Shown here piece after piece: positions 21,657 to 31,543 of a stretch of DNA of 64,000 nucleotides. The stretch is from contig CAXXOU010000004.1 of the NCBI GenBank assembly GCA_963677495.2, forward strand, positions 320,001 through 384,000. Reading direction: 5' to 3'. Each line of letters starts with the position of its first letter. Within the stretch, counting starts at the first letter, position 1. The notes below the pieces were generated by a model. The model did not search any database. It was not told where the DNA came from and saw nothing but the letters and a program-made list of their open reading frames with translations. A program made the translations under genes and the position numbers. Source of the DNA: Candidatus Cloacimonadales bacterium. GTDB taxonomy: Bacteria > Cloacimonadota > Cloacimonadia > Cloacimonadales > JAFGVF01.

Positions 21657-23588
21657 TCAATCCAACCAAGGACGTGCCTGTAAAACTTTTATGTCTCCAG
21701 CAGAACTTGTTAGAAACTCTATTTCCATTGCAAATTCATTATCATCTTCAGCACTGTAACATACTTTAAAGTGTTCATGTATCTGTTTGCTGATATTTAC
21801 AAGCTTCAATATCTCATTCTCCTGCATAACGTTAGTTCCTTTAGAGATGAGGTTTGAGTGTCTAATGTATTGAATTTCAAGTTTTCTATTGGCACCAACT
21901 TCCGAAACTAGTAACTCATCAGGTAAAGCTTTTGTGTCCGGGTTTGTGACTAATGACTGTCCCGATTGAACATTTATGTAAAACCCTTTCCAGATCGAAT
22001 CGAAAAGATTTTTCGTCACAATAACACCATTGTTTCGTTCCTTATCATAATTGCTATGTACGAGAATTCCCATTGCAATAGCATTATGATCAATTTTATG
22101 AAAATCTCGTTCTGTAAATGCTCTTAAAGTCCAAAGACTTGCCCACACTTCCTTAATTGAAACATCTAAAGGGCAGATTTCAGGTGAATACACTAAAGAT
22201 TCATAAAGTCCAGCTCCATTAAAATCTTCGAGATCTTCACTGTTTGAAGAGGAACGAAGTCTTAGAGAAGAACCTTCAGAATATGCTGCTCGCAAATCAG
22301 AAAAATCTTTCATCATCCATTCCGGAATGTGACCTTCTCGAATTTTCTCTCTTAACTGTTTCAACTGTTCTTCTTTTAATACTATATTCGCTTTGTTTTT
22401 AGTAGAACCCAACAATTTCTCGACTTCTACATAAAGATTGTTCTCTTTCATAAAATAATCATAGTAATAGAACGGAACTGCATGACCCTTAACTGAGTTT
22501 ATGTTTGGTATAACAGATAGTAATTCACCTAAGTTGCTTGATTTAGCTCCAAAAGCATTAGTCTCATTGAATCCAACATCCCATAACTCAATTATCTTCT
22601 TCTGATTTAAACTCATTTCAGGAACACTAGCAGTTTGGGGTGAAAGTGCTCTTAGATTATCTGAAACATCTTTATATGTTACTTCATTTATCTCATATCC
22701 CTCCGGTTCAACTTTTAGGTGAACCGGTTTATCCTTTAACTTGATGAGGGTTGGATTTGTAGAAGCATTTTTTATATATGCATTTGGGATGTTGTTTTGC
22801 TTAGCTTTAAGATTTACATGTGAAAGCGGAGTTTGGGCAATATCAGTGATAATCCCTCTTACATGACTTAAATCATTCGGTAAGGATTTAAAAATCACAA
22901 TATCTTCTGGTTCAGGTAAGTCAGTCAGATCTAGTATTCTAAGAACTCCCAATGAGTCTCCTGTATTTAATGGAATAAAATCAAGATTATAAAATAGTGT
23001 ATCCGAATCAATCAACCTTATAGAAGAATCTTGTTCGAAATGCATCTTCTCTTTCATGTGTTGATCGATTTGCGTTTGACTACCAAGATAGTGATATATC
23101 TGGTTTTTAGCAAAGGAAAAAGTCTTATTGATCAAATCCCATGATAGCTTAATATAATTGTATGATACGGGGTCAGTTGGCCAGTACTCGATAGTATAGA
23201 TACCATCGGGATTCTCTTCATCTTTGTAATTATCTCTTGCAACTATAGAACCGGCAAGGTTATGCCTGCCGATGTTGGTATAATAGGTCACTTTATCAAA
23301 TGCCTGTTCAGAAATATGAAATGGTGAAATCTTTTTAAAGTAGCGATAATGATGTTCGAATCGTTTAGTATCCATATAGTAGATTCGAGGACTTTTCGTG
23401 TCTACTCCGGTAATAATGAATTTGCAAACCCAGATATTCTTTAATCCCGGAACATCATTTTTTGATGCAAGTTTCTCTAAGTGTTCACGGTTCTTGATTG
23501 TCTTCTGACTAGCTAACAGATAAAATCTACTTCTTATGAAGCGATACACTTGCAACATTTTCTGCTTTATCAAACTCAATAGTACCAC
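21657..23588 (-). CDS. Stand-alone PPDK/PEP-synthase N-terminal (ATP-grasp) domain protein
   Basis: FGAKSSNLGEL, LRSSSNSEDLEDFNGAGLYES, VWASLW, EIEF...LQARP at the extreme C-terminus; start uncertain (23588 GTG or 23558 ATG). Confidence 0.8.
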   Translation of the reverse strand: MVLLSLIKQKMLQVYRFIRSRFYLLASQKTIKNREHLEKLASKNDVPGLKNIWVCKFIITGVDTKSPRIYYMDTKRFEHHYRYFKKISPFHISEQAFDKVTYYTNIGRHNLAGSIVARDNYKDEENPDGIYTIEYWPTDPVSYNYIKLSWDLINKTFSFAKNQIYHYLGSQTQIDQHMKEKMHFEQDSSIRLIDSDTLFYNLDFIPLNTGDSLGVLRILDLTDLPEPEDIVIFKSLPNDLSHVRGIITDIAQTPLSHVNLKAKQNNIPNAYIKNASTNPTLIKLKDKPVHLKVEPEGYEINEVTYKDVSDNLRALSPQTASVPEMSLNQKKIIELWDVGFNETNAFGAKSSNLGELLSVIPNINSVKGHAVPFYYYDYFMKENNLYVEVEKLLGSTKNKANIVLKEEQLKQLREKIREGHIPEWMMKDFSDLRAAYSEGSSLRLRSSSNSEDLEDFNGAGLYESLVYSPEICPLDVSIKEVWASLWTLRAFTERDFHKIDHNAIAMGILVHSNYDKERNNGVIVTKNLFDSIWKGFYINVQSGQSLVTNPDTKALPDELLVSEVGANRKLEIQYIRHSNLISKGTNVMQENEILKLVNISKQIHEHFKVCYSAEDDNEFAMEIEFLTSSAGDIKVLQARPWLD

Positions 23589-23706
23589 CTGATTTATTAC
23601 TAAATGTATGAATACAAACCTGATTTTTATATGTCAAGGGTTTGTATACATTTATTGAAAGGGATCAATGATGTAGATGTAATAAGTGTAAAATGTAAAT
23701 AATCCT

Positions 23707-23854
23707 CCTCATTGCACTCTCATAATACCGGTTCAAGGGTAATGTGATTCTAATGAGTCTCTTGGGCCTCCCCGGGGCTGGAGCATTAGTGAGTCGTAAG
23801 AAAAAGGGCAGTATCAGAGCTCGTTTTTACAATTATTATGATAGGGGAGTGAGG
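23707..23854. repeat. Imperfect intergenic inverted-repeat element
   Basis: CCTCATTGCACTCTCATAATA pairs imperfectly with TATTATGATAGGGGAGTGAGG around a GC-richer interior. Confidence 0.45.
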
Positions 23855-23984
23855 ATGAGAAGAGATGGAGTGGATTCTGCTTGTAACCTAAAAAATACAT
23901 CTTACTTAACAGGTATGTATATCTTTAATCTTGAAAATTGGATGATAACTACTATCAAACAGTCAACTCAATCTAAGAATTGGT

Positions 23985-24806
23985 CTATTTTTGTAGAACA
24001 GGTCTTTCTGGCAAAGATAAAAAAAGAAATGGAGAAGGTTTTATACATTTACCACCGTATGAACCGTCAGGTCTCTTGTCTTCATCAAGAATTACACTAT
24101 TATCATTGTGAAATTCATGACTTCTCAAAATATCATGGAAAATAGTCATTAAAGTGTCTTGATAGGTTTCAATCTTAATCCTATGCTTAAGGCCATTTCT
24201 TTGCTCCCATATGTTATAAACATATAGGTTAGAAACTGAGTCTATAGCAGTAACAGCAGAAGAATCAATTATTGTTGTAGGTGATGATATTGAAAGGTCA
24301 ATTATTCTTCTCATATGTTGACGAATGTTAACAGGAGTTGTAGATATATTCATATCTTCAATTAAATGATTATAATGGTTAGGTAATATGTATATCTTAG
24401 AATTATATGTTGCACACATGTACCTTGATTCTTCGAAATTTTCAAGGTTTTGCATGAAAAAGACATAGGCTCCGTTAAAGCTTTTTGTAGTAATTTCTTT
24501 AGGAGTCATTCCTGTCCAATGCTCGAGTTTTGAATACTTAAGTTGATGGGTAATACTTTCCGAATTCTGAGCTTCATTGAATAAGGAAGTAAATAATGAG
24601 TCCCACAATGTTTTTGCTTCTATTTCAAAACTATTAAGTGTAGGATTAGTATCAATATGCGCAATCTCAGTAATTCTTGGATCTCGAGATCTTTTTGCTA
24701 GTTGAGCACCAGAATACTGAACTGGAGTTTCTATAGGTTTATTATATGTTGAGATTAAACCTAAAAACACAGACAGCAATAGGATAGTGAATAGATGTTT
24801 TTTCAT
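23985..24806 (-). CDS. Hypothetical exported protein (paralog of 24832-25662)
   Basis: Signal peptide; shares DPRIT.IAHI..NPTLNS.EIEAK.LWDSLFT, YMCATYNSKIY and YNIWEQRNGLKH with its neighbour. Confidence 0.8.
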   Translation of the reverse strand: MKKHLFTILLLSVFLGLISTYNKPIETPVQYSGAQLAKRSRDPRITEIAHIDTNPTLNSFEIEAKTLWDSLFTSLFNEAQNSESITHQLKYSKLEHWTGMTPKEITTKSFNGAYVFFMQNLENFEESRYMCATYNSKIYILPNHYNHLIEDMNISTTPVNIRQHMRRIIDLSISSPTTIIDSSAVTAIDSVSNLYVYNIWEQRNGLKHRIKIETYQDTLMTIFHDILRSHEFHNDNSVILDEDKRPDGSYGGKCIKPSPFLFLSLPERPVLQK

Positions 24807-24831
24807 AATCTCACCTCATATTCATTATAAA

Positions 24832-25662
24832 CTACTCAGTTTTTCTAGTTTCAGTTAGAGGTTTCAATATTGGACTTAATGGACGTGAAATGAATGGATA
24901 AGCGGATCCTTTAATGCATTTTCCATGAAAATCATGGGAATTTTTATTTAAATCAATTATAACTTCACTTCCATTGTAATAACTTCTAGAATCTACCCTA
25001 TCAAACAACATTAGAAAAAGAGAATCTTGATTTATACAGACATCAATCTGATGTTTGAGACCATTTCGTTGTTCCCATATATTATATTGAAAGGTTCCAC
25101 TATTGAATAGAGAATCTGCAACAGTAGAATCAATGACTGTGACTGGGGATGATATTGAAGATTCTATCAATCTTCTAATAAGTAAAGATTTGTTTGATGA
25201 TTGCAAGTTTATTCCCATGTCACTCATTAGATCGTTAAAATGGGTTGGCATAAGATATATTTTTGAGTTGTATGTGGCGCACATGTATTCTGATACATAA
25301 AAGTGATTTAGATTTTGCATAAAGAAGATATGAACACCATCGAAGTTCTTTGAAACGATCTCTTTTGGAGTAAAATTTGTCCAATAATCTGTGGTAAGAT
25401 TTATAAGTATACCTATGTTCTTAGTAGATGAGGATGCATCGTTACGCAAAGCAGTAAAAAGTGAATCCCATAACACTTTAGCTTCAATTTCATTACTATT
25501 TAGTGTAGGGTTTGAATGGATATGAGCAATATCTGTGATTCTAGGGTCATCTGATCTGTTTGCTAACTCATCTCCATAATAATACATTGGTTGCTCATGG
25601 TGGATGGATAATAAGCCTAAAAATATAGACAACAATAGGATAGTGAATAATATTTCTCTCAT
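24832..25662 (-). CDS. Hypothetical exported protein (paralog of 23985-24806)
   Basis: Signal peptide; same conserved blocks as its neighbour. Confidence 0.8.
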   Translation of the reverse strand: MREILFTILLLSIFLGLLSIHHEQPMYYYGDELANRSDDPRITDIAHIHSNPTLNSNEIEAKVLWDSLFTALRNDASSSTKNIGILINLTTDYWTNFTPKEIVSKNFDGVHIFFMQNLNHFYVSEYMCATYNSKIYLMPTHFNDLMSDMGINLQSSNKSLLIRRLIESSISSPVTVIDSTVADSLFNSGTFQYNIWEQRNGLKHQIDVCINQDSLFLMLFDRVDSRSYYNGSEVIIDLNKNSHDFHGKCIKGSAYPFISRPLSPILKPLTETRKTE

Positions 25663-25793
25663 GATTTCCTCTCAGACATATAAAACTAGAGTATAATTAG
25701 CTACATCTTATATTTATAACTATAACAATAATATATAATATGGATAGGTTTGTAAAGAAGAATATTTTTTCCGCAAGGAATTATTTTTAACAT

Positions 25794-25822
25794 AAAAAAA
25801 GCCCCCGCGTTAGCAGGGGCTT
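25794..25822 (-). terminator. Intrinsic terminator of the Omp28-like gene
   Basis: A7 followed by GCCCCCGC-GTTA-GCAGGGGC. Confidence 0.75.
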
Positions 25823-25842
25823 AATATATAATTCAGAAATGA

Positions 25843-28731
25843 TTATTTCATCATTATCATTTTGTTGGTAGCCTGGAAGTCACCTGATGTGAGTTTATAG
25901 AAATAAACACCACTTGCAACTGATTGATCGTTATCATCAATACCATTCCATACTACGCTATGACGACCTGCTGTGAAGTTGTCATTTGTAAGAGTTCTAA
26001 CCTTTCTACCACGGATATCATAGACATCGATAGAAACAAGACCGGCGTCTTTGATTTCAAATGCAATGTTAGTAGTTGGGTTGAATGGGTTAGGATAGTT
26101 ACCAAGTAATTGTGTAGTTGCAGGAGTAACAACGTCATCAGCATTATCTACACCACCGGCACTATAGATACCGAAGTCATCTACGAGGAATGCAAGTGTA
26201 CCTTCAGATACACAGTGGATACCTACGCGAACCATTTGGTCTTCATAGTCACCAAGGCTAACTTGGATATTTGTCCATCCCTGTGGTACAGTTAATGGAG
26301 TATCACCAGAAATAACTGTGAAATCTGCAGGATCGATTGAACCATTAGATACAGCAACTTCAAACTGGTCTTCACCATACTGTGTAGAGAGTGATTTAGC
26401 CCAGAAACCAACGTAAGGAAGGTTATAAAGCTCAACAGGTTGTGAGATTAACCAGTCATCGTTAGCAGTTGTTTCTGATGCGAATGTAGCGAAACAGAGG
26501 TCACCACTATGAGTCTGGTGGAAAGCTTCCATTGGAGGAGTTGTTTCCTGTGGGTTGAAGCCGATAAATGGCATAGATTCACCTGAACCTGGGAAGTCAG
26601 CACCAACGATAGAATAAGTGTTAGTTCCATCAAGGTCATAAGTAGTCCAAGGGAATGTAGCGTTTTGCCACAATGTCATCTCTTCAATGTCATCAACGAA
26701 GAGAGCAGGGATTTCCTGTTCTTGAACGAGCACAATTAACTCACCAAATTTAAATGATTCACCTTCTGCATAAACAGAAGTGAACTCATATGTGAAGTTA
26801 CCAAACTCATGGTCAAGCATTTGTAATGTGTTATTTGCAGTTCCACTAACGAAATCAACAAGTTCGCCATCTCTATAAACGTTGTAACCAATATGGTCAC
26901 GATCACGTTCATCAGCGCGTCCTGCTTCACCGGTAATGTTTCCATTACTGTCAACTCTCTGTAATCTTACAGGATTAGGTACATCCCAGCTTACAGTAAC
27001 ATCAACAACATATTCAATACCATAACTGAACTGTGTTGGAGGGTAGAAAGGCATATCAACTGTAACCTCAGCGTTAACTAAGTCACAAGGTTCAGATTCA
27101 CCGGGACTGAAGATAGCTTTAACTACAAACTCATGATCTCCAAGTGGTACATCAGTTACAATGTATTCAAGATCAGTAAGCATCTCAGGGTTTGAAGGTG
27201 TTGTGTTATCATCCATATAGATGTTGTAACCTTGAACAAGTGTTTGCATTCCTAAGAACCCGATTTTAACATCATCGATAGCCCAACCGGAAGCCCATTC
27301 ACCAGCATCATCAGTGTGGAAAGCGATTAGTAGATTTGATTGATCAATGTAAGCATTTAAGTCAATAGTAATAGTTGTCCAACCATCAGCAGGTGCTAAT
27401 TGTTCTAAGACTTCCCATGTTGTTCCACCATCAGTACTAGCTTTAACATAGGCTAGCTGACCATATGAACCATTATAATAACTAGCAAAAGACATACCGC
27501 AATCTATTGAACCGGTAAGGTCAATTGCAGACATAATCATCCAGTCTTCAGAACCATCTGAACCGTCACCTGTAGCATCATCATTAACATAAGCGTATGA
27601 TGTATGACCAGGGATTTCGAAATATTGGCTACCACCGTTTGTGCCAACCTGCCAACCAACGCTGGCATTAGTTGTTTCAGTCCAACCGGCAGGGAAACCA
27701 TTCTCAAAATCTTCTTCAATTACATAATCAGGAAGTCCTGGTTCCGCCCAAGTCAACCAAACCCAGTTTCCGGCAACGTCTTGAGTTAAGTTTGCTGGAG
27801 GAAGAACAAATTCATCCATCTGAGCTGCTATATTTGCAGGAGTGTTTTCATCAACTGTTACAGCAGTTGAGATATGGTCTACATATCCCTCTTTTTCAAC
27901 AACAACGTCATAAGTACCTTCCCATACTGGAAGTGCACATTGACCGTTTGCATCTGTTACATCTTCGTAAAGACCGGCTGTAACAAGAGCGTTAGCAATA
28001 GGCTCATTTGTATACATATTTGTAGCTGTTACATTGATAACAGAGTTAGGATCTATATCACCACGTGCAGCCTGAATAATCTCATAAGTGCCTGTAGCTG
28101 TTTGAACCATCACAACAATACTTAAGTCTGTGATAACCCAATCAGCTTCGATAGTCAATGGCTGTGAATATTGACCTTGCTCACCGTTTGTTGTCTGAGT
28201 GAAGCTTTGTGATTCATACACTTCTACTGTACAGAAGTAATCATTATCAATTCTTCTTGTAACGATAAAGTACATATTGTTATCAGTAGTAGTGATGTCA
28301 CCGGTTAAAGTTGCATCAGCTACAACGTCAATTGTAGTACCATTGATTGTGTAAGTGAAAGACAAGTCGATAGGACTATCAGTAGGTTCAATATTGTTGT
28401 AATGTGCTAAATAGCGTTCATAACAATCATTACCACCACCCACTTCAGGGGTTGTACCTTGGAATTGAACGTGAGGAATACCACTAACACCGTACCAGCC
28501 AACTCTTTCTTGCCAGTTTGGACTCTCATTCTCAGTGTCAGATTCCCAAATCAATGGAATAAAATGTGGGGCGTTATCATCATTATCTAGTTCGAGCAGA
28601 CCTGCTCGAGAATCAGGACAGAATCCTCAAGTGGATGCTGTAAACATCTCTGCAACAACTCCAATCTGGGTTGCACAGATAATTGCAAACATGCTGATAA
28701 AAACAGAAAGTAATATCGTTTTCTTAAGCAT
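25843..28731 (-). CDS. Probable secreted selenoprotein (962 aa): Omp28/thioredoxin-like UxxC domain, carboxypeptidase-regulatory-like domain, two cleaved-adhesin (choice-of-anchor J)-like domains, FlgD/T9SS-type CTD
   Basis: ATG at 28731 with AAGGAG RBS and signal peptide MLKKTILLSVFISMFAIICA, in frame with the 903-aa ORF; single in-frame TGA (28627-28629) in EMFTAST*GFCP; downstream YGVSGIPHVQFQG cis-Pro motif; NDDWLIS adhesin motif; NYPNPFNP...KMIMMK. Confidence 0.85.
28592..28626 (-). promoter_or_regulatory. Bacterial SECIS-like stem-loop downstream of the in-frame UGA
   Basis: mRNA reads UGA-GGAUUCUGUCCUGAUUC-UCGAGCA-GGUC-UGCUCGA: perfect stem with a G-starting loop about 25 nt after UGA. 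Confidence 0.7.
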
Positions 28732-28927
28732 TTTCGTATCTCCTTCTATGTTTTGTAGATTTCCTTAACTCAAATTCTCTTCTCTTTCCCAAGAATGTCA
28801 ATGAATTATCTTTATATTATTTGTTTCAAGCAATATTCATTCCATGAAAATAGTTGAATCGTGCTAATTTTGTACTTTCATCGACTGGGTTAGGCTTTGG
28901 TGAATAGTAAAATCCGAGCACCATTGT

Positions 28928-29212
28928 TGTCATACTGAGCGGAGTGAGTTTTGCGAACGAAGTCGAATGTATCTTTCCGATAACTTTAGTCTCCCAACTA
29001 AAGAAGAGTTCTTTCCCTACAGGGAAACATTGAAAGATAAGTCAATACTACTTACAGAAATCCACTAAAGCCATCCGAGAGACCCGGAAGTTGTGCGCCT
29101 ATCGGCTTACGAGCTCTTTGAAAATAGTTGCTTTAGTTTCTAAAGCGAGCTCCTTTTAGTCGGTTCGACTACATTCACTTATTTCATTGCGTTCATTCTG
29201 CTCAGGGTGACA
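28928..29212. repeat. REP/REPIN-like element with GTCA..CTGAGC...GTCGAA termini
   Basis: Left end TGTCATACTGAGCGGAGTGA...AGTCGAA; right end TTCGACT...TCATTCTGCTCAGGGTGACA (inverted). Confidence 0.65.
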
Positions 29213-29689
29213 GCCTGGTTAACCGAAAAAACTTTGGTCGTAATGGTGACAGCTTCTGATAACACTAATACCATCCACTCTCAATGCTCTGCTACAATTA
29301 TAATCATTTTCGAAGGAGACACCTATTGAATCCTTATTAAAATGTTATTATCTGATAACAGGTGTTTGACTCGAAATTAAGAGGATTGAGATGGTTAAAG
29401 AATTATAATTGTGGCAGAGCAATGAAGGAACACTGCTACAGGTATGGTTGTTTCGTAAGGATTTAGCGCACAACATCACCGATCTGCGCAGTGACGAAGC
29501 ATGAGCCTGGAATAGAAACTCGAAATCTGTCAATCACCTCACATTCGCAGCAAAACTACTCACTACGGAACAAGTCTGATGTATTACCTCTCTTTACACA
29601 ATCTTCACACACAAGTAACAGTTTGTAATTGACATAATCAGCAGGTTTTAGGAAATGAATCAAAATATTAACATGCTTAGGAGCTAAAG

Positions 29690-30901
29690 ATGAAAATCCT
29701 TGTATTGAACTGCGGTAGTTCATCAATTAAATATCAGTTTATCAATATGGAAACTGAGGAAGTACTTGTAGAGGGTTCAGCTGAAAGAATCGCAGAACCT
29801 ATTGCCAGATTTACTTATAAGAGTGAAAAATTTACTGTTAAGAAGCAGGAAATGGTTCTTAAAAACCATGAAGACGGGTTAAAACATATTATTGATGCCT
29901 TAATGGACAAAGAGAACGGTGTTATTGCTGATGCTTCTGAAATCAGTGCTGTTGGACATCGTCTTGTACATGCTGGTGAAAACTATACTGATACTGTTGT
30001 TGTTGATGACCATGTGATTGAAGTAATGACAGATTGTATCCCTCTTGCTCCACTTCATAATCCTGCAAATATCAAGGGTGTTGAATCTGTTACTAAAGAG
30101 TTACCTGGTGTGCCACAGGCTGGCGTTTTCGATACCGCTTTCCATCAGACAATGCCTAAGAAAGCATATCTCTATCCACTCCCATTAGAGTATTATAAAG
30201 AGAACAAGATTAGACGTTATGGTTTCCACGGAACTTCTCATAAGTTCGTAAGCCAAATTGCTGCTGAGTATGTTGGAAAAGATATCAAAGACCTTAAGAT
30301 CATTACTGCACATATTGGTAACGGTGCTTCAATCACTGCTATCAACGGTGGTCACTCTGTTGACACTTCAATGGGTTTTACTCCACTCGAAGGTCTTATG
30401 ATGGGAACACGTTGTGGTGATATCGATCCTTCAATCCCAATCTATATGCAGAAAACCCTTGGACTTTCTGTTGATGAAACAAACAACGTTTTAAACAAGA
30501 AGAGTGGTATGCTTGGTTTATCAGCTATCTCTAACGATATGCTTGATATCGAGAACAAGATTCTAAAAGAGAAAGATGAAGATGCTATCACAGCTCATGA
30601 TGTTTATGCTTACAGAATTAAGAAATATATCGGTGCTTACACTGCTGCTATGAACGGTGTTGACATTCTTATCTTCACAGGTGGTGTTGGTGAAAACATG
30701 CCAATCCTTCGTGAACTCGTATGTCGTGATATGGATTATCTCGGAATCGAACTTGATAAGAAAGAGAATGACCAGTTCAAAGGTGGAATCATTGATCTCA
30801 CAGGTGAGAACTCAAAAGTTAAGATCCTTAAAGTTCAAACAAACGAAGAGCTTGCTATTGCTCTCGAGACAAAAAGAATCCTTTTCGACGAAAAGAAATA
30901 A
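29690..30901 (+). CDS. ackA: Acetate kinase
   Basis: LVLNCGSSSIKYQ, GHRLVH, APLHNP, FDTAFH, RRYGFHGTSH, DTSMGFTPLEG, FTGGVGEN, TNEEL. Confidence 0.97.
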   Translation: MKILVLNCGSSSIKYQFINMETEEVLVEGSAERIAEPIARFTYKSEKFTVKKQEMVLKNHEDGLKHIIDALMDKENGVIADASEISAVGHRLVHAGENYTDTVVVDDHVIEVMTDCIPLAPLHNPANIKGVESVTKELPGVPQAGVFDTAFHQTMPKKAYLYPLPLEYYKENKIRRYGFHGTSHKFVSQIAAEYVGKDIKDLKIITAHIGNGASITAINGGHSVDTSMGFTPLEGLMMGTRCGDIDPSIPIYMQKTLGLSVDETNNVLNKKSGMLGLSAISNDMLDIENKILKEKDEDAITAHDVYAYRIKKYIGAYTAAMNGVDILIFTGGVGENMPILRELVCRDMDYLGIELDKKENDQFKGGIIDLTGENSKVKILKVQTNEELAIALETKRILFDEKK

Positions 30902-30921
30902 GATTAAATATAAAACGTATT

Positions 30922-30952
30922 GGGCTGATGATTACTTCATTAGCCCTTTTTT
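30922..30952 (+). terminator. Intrinsic terminator after ackA
   Basis: GGGCTGATGA-TTACT-TCATTAGCCC followed by a T run. Confidence 0.75.
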
Positions 30953-31010
30953 GATTCCTCATTTATCTGTAACGATGTTTTTGTAAAGGTTTGTCTTCAA
31001 CCCGAAGTGT

Positions 31011-31044
31011 ACCATTCGCAAGGTCTGAACACCATTCCGAAGGT
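31011..31044. repeat. Two ACCAT-N4-AAGGT motifs
   Basis: ACCATTCGCAAGGT (31011) and ACCATTCCGAAGGT (31031), 20 bp apart. Confidence 0.7.
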
Positions 31045-31118
31045 ACAAAAAATAGTACTATTTTCATTAAAAAGAGCCCCTCAAAATGAAGGGCTCATAT
31101 TTATATATATTGTATGTT

Positions 31119-31430
31119 TTATTTTAGCATCACAGCTTTGCGAGAATATGTTTCTCCATTTGCTTGCATCTTAATGTAGTAGATACCTGATTTACAGCTA
31201 TTACCTTTTGAGTCTTTGCCATTCCAATAAACTTTCCAGTCACCAGCCGCTTTAACACCTTCATCATAAACACAAATGAGCTGGCCTTTGTTATTAAAAA
31301 TTGAGATTTCAACATCTGATTGTTTTGAAATACTATAACTGATTGTTGAAGTTGGGTTACATATATTCGGATGAACAGGATTTAAACATGATGTGGCAGG
31401 AGTTAAGTATGGGATTGTATCCCCATCATC
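31119..31430 (-). pseudogene. Orphan, frameshifted FlgD/T9SS-type CTD remnant
   Basis: Translates as ...SCLNPVHPN/(frameshift)/NPTSTISYSISKQSDVEISIFNNKGQLI...VYWNGKDSKGNSCKSGIYYIKMQANGETYSRKAVMLK*; no upstream ORF; terminator hairpin retained at about 31069-31097. Confidence 0.8.
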
Positions 31431-31543
31431 TTTAATTTTTAATTGTTCAACAAGTGCTTTTAAAAGGTGTATGCATCATATGTTGACTATAAACGAAAAC
31501 AAGTTGAACTTTGATATTTATTCACTTAATTCAACAAAGCTTT

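Noticed and set aside
28627..28629. TGA as a nonsense mutation or as Trp (genetic code 4)
   Set aside because: TGA terminates other genes in the window, TGG is used for Trp, the codon falls on the CxxC nucleophile and a SECIS-like hairpin follows. A pseudogene cannot be fully excluded without seeing the sel genes.
28535..28768. 77-aa + strand ORF
   Set aside because: Antisense shadow of the true 5' end of the selenoprotein gene.
29440..29580. Possible riboswitch or ncRNA upstream of ackA
   Set aside because: GC-richer, but I could not recognise any known RNA motif, and it lies upstream of the likely promoter; an Rfam search is needed.
31130..31315. 61-aa - strand ORF
   Set aside because: Wrong frame; the meaningful reading is the frameshifted CTD remnant.
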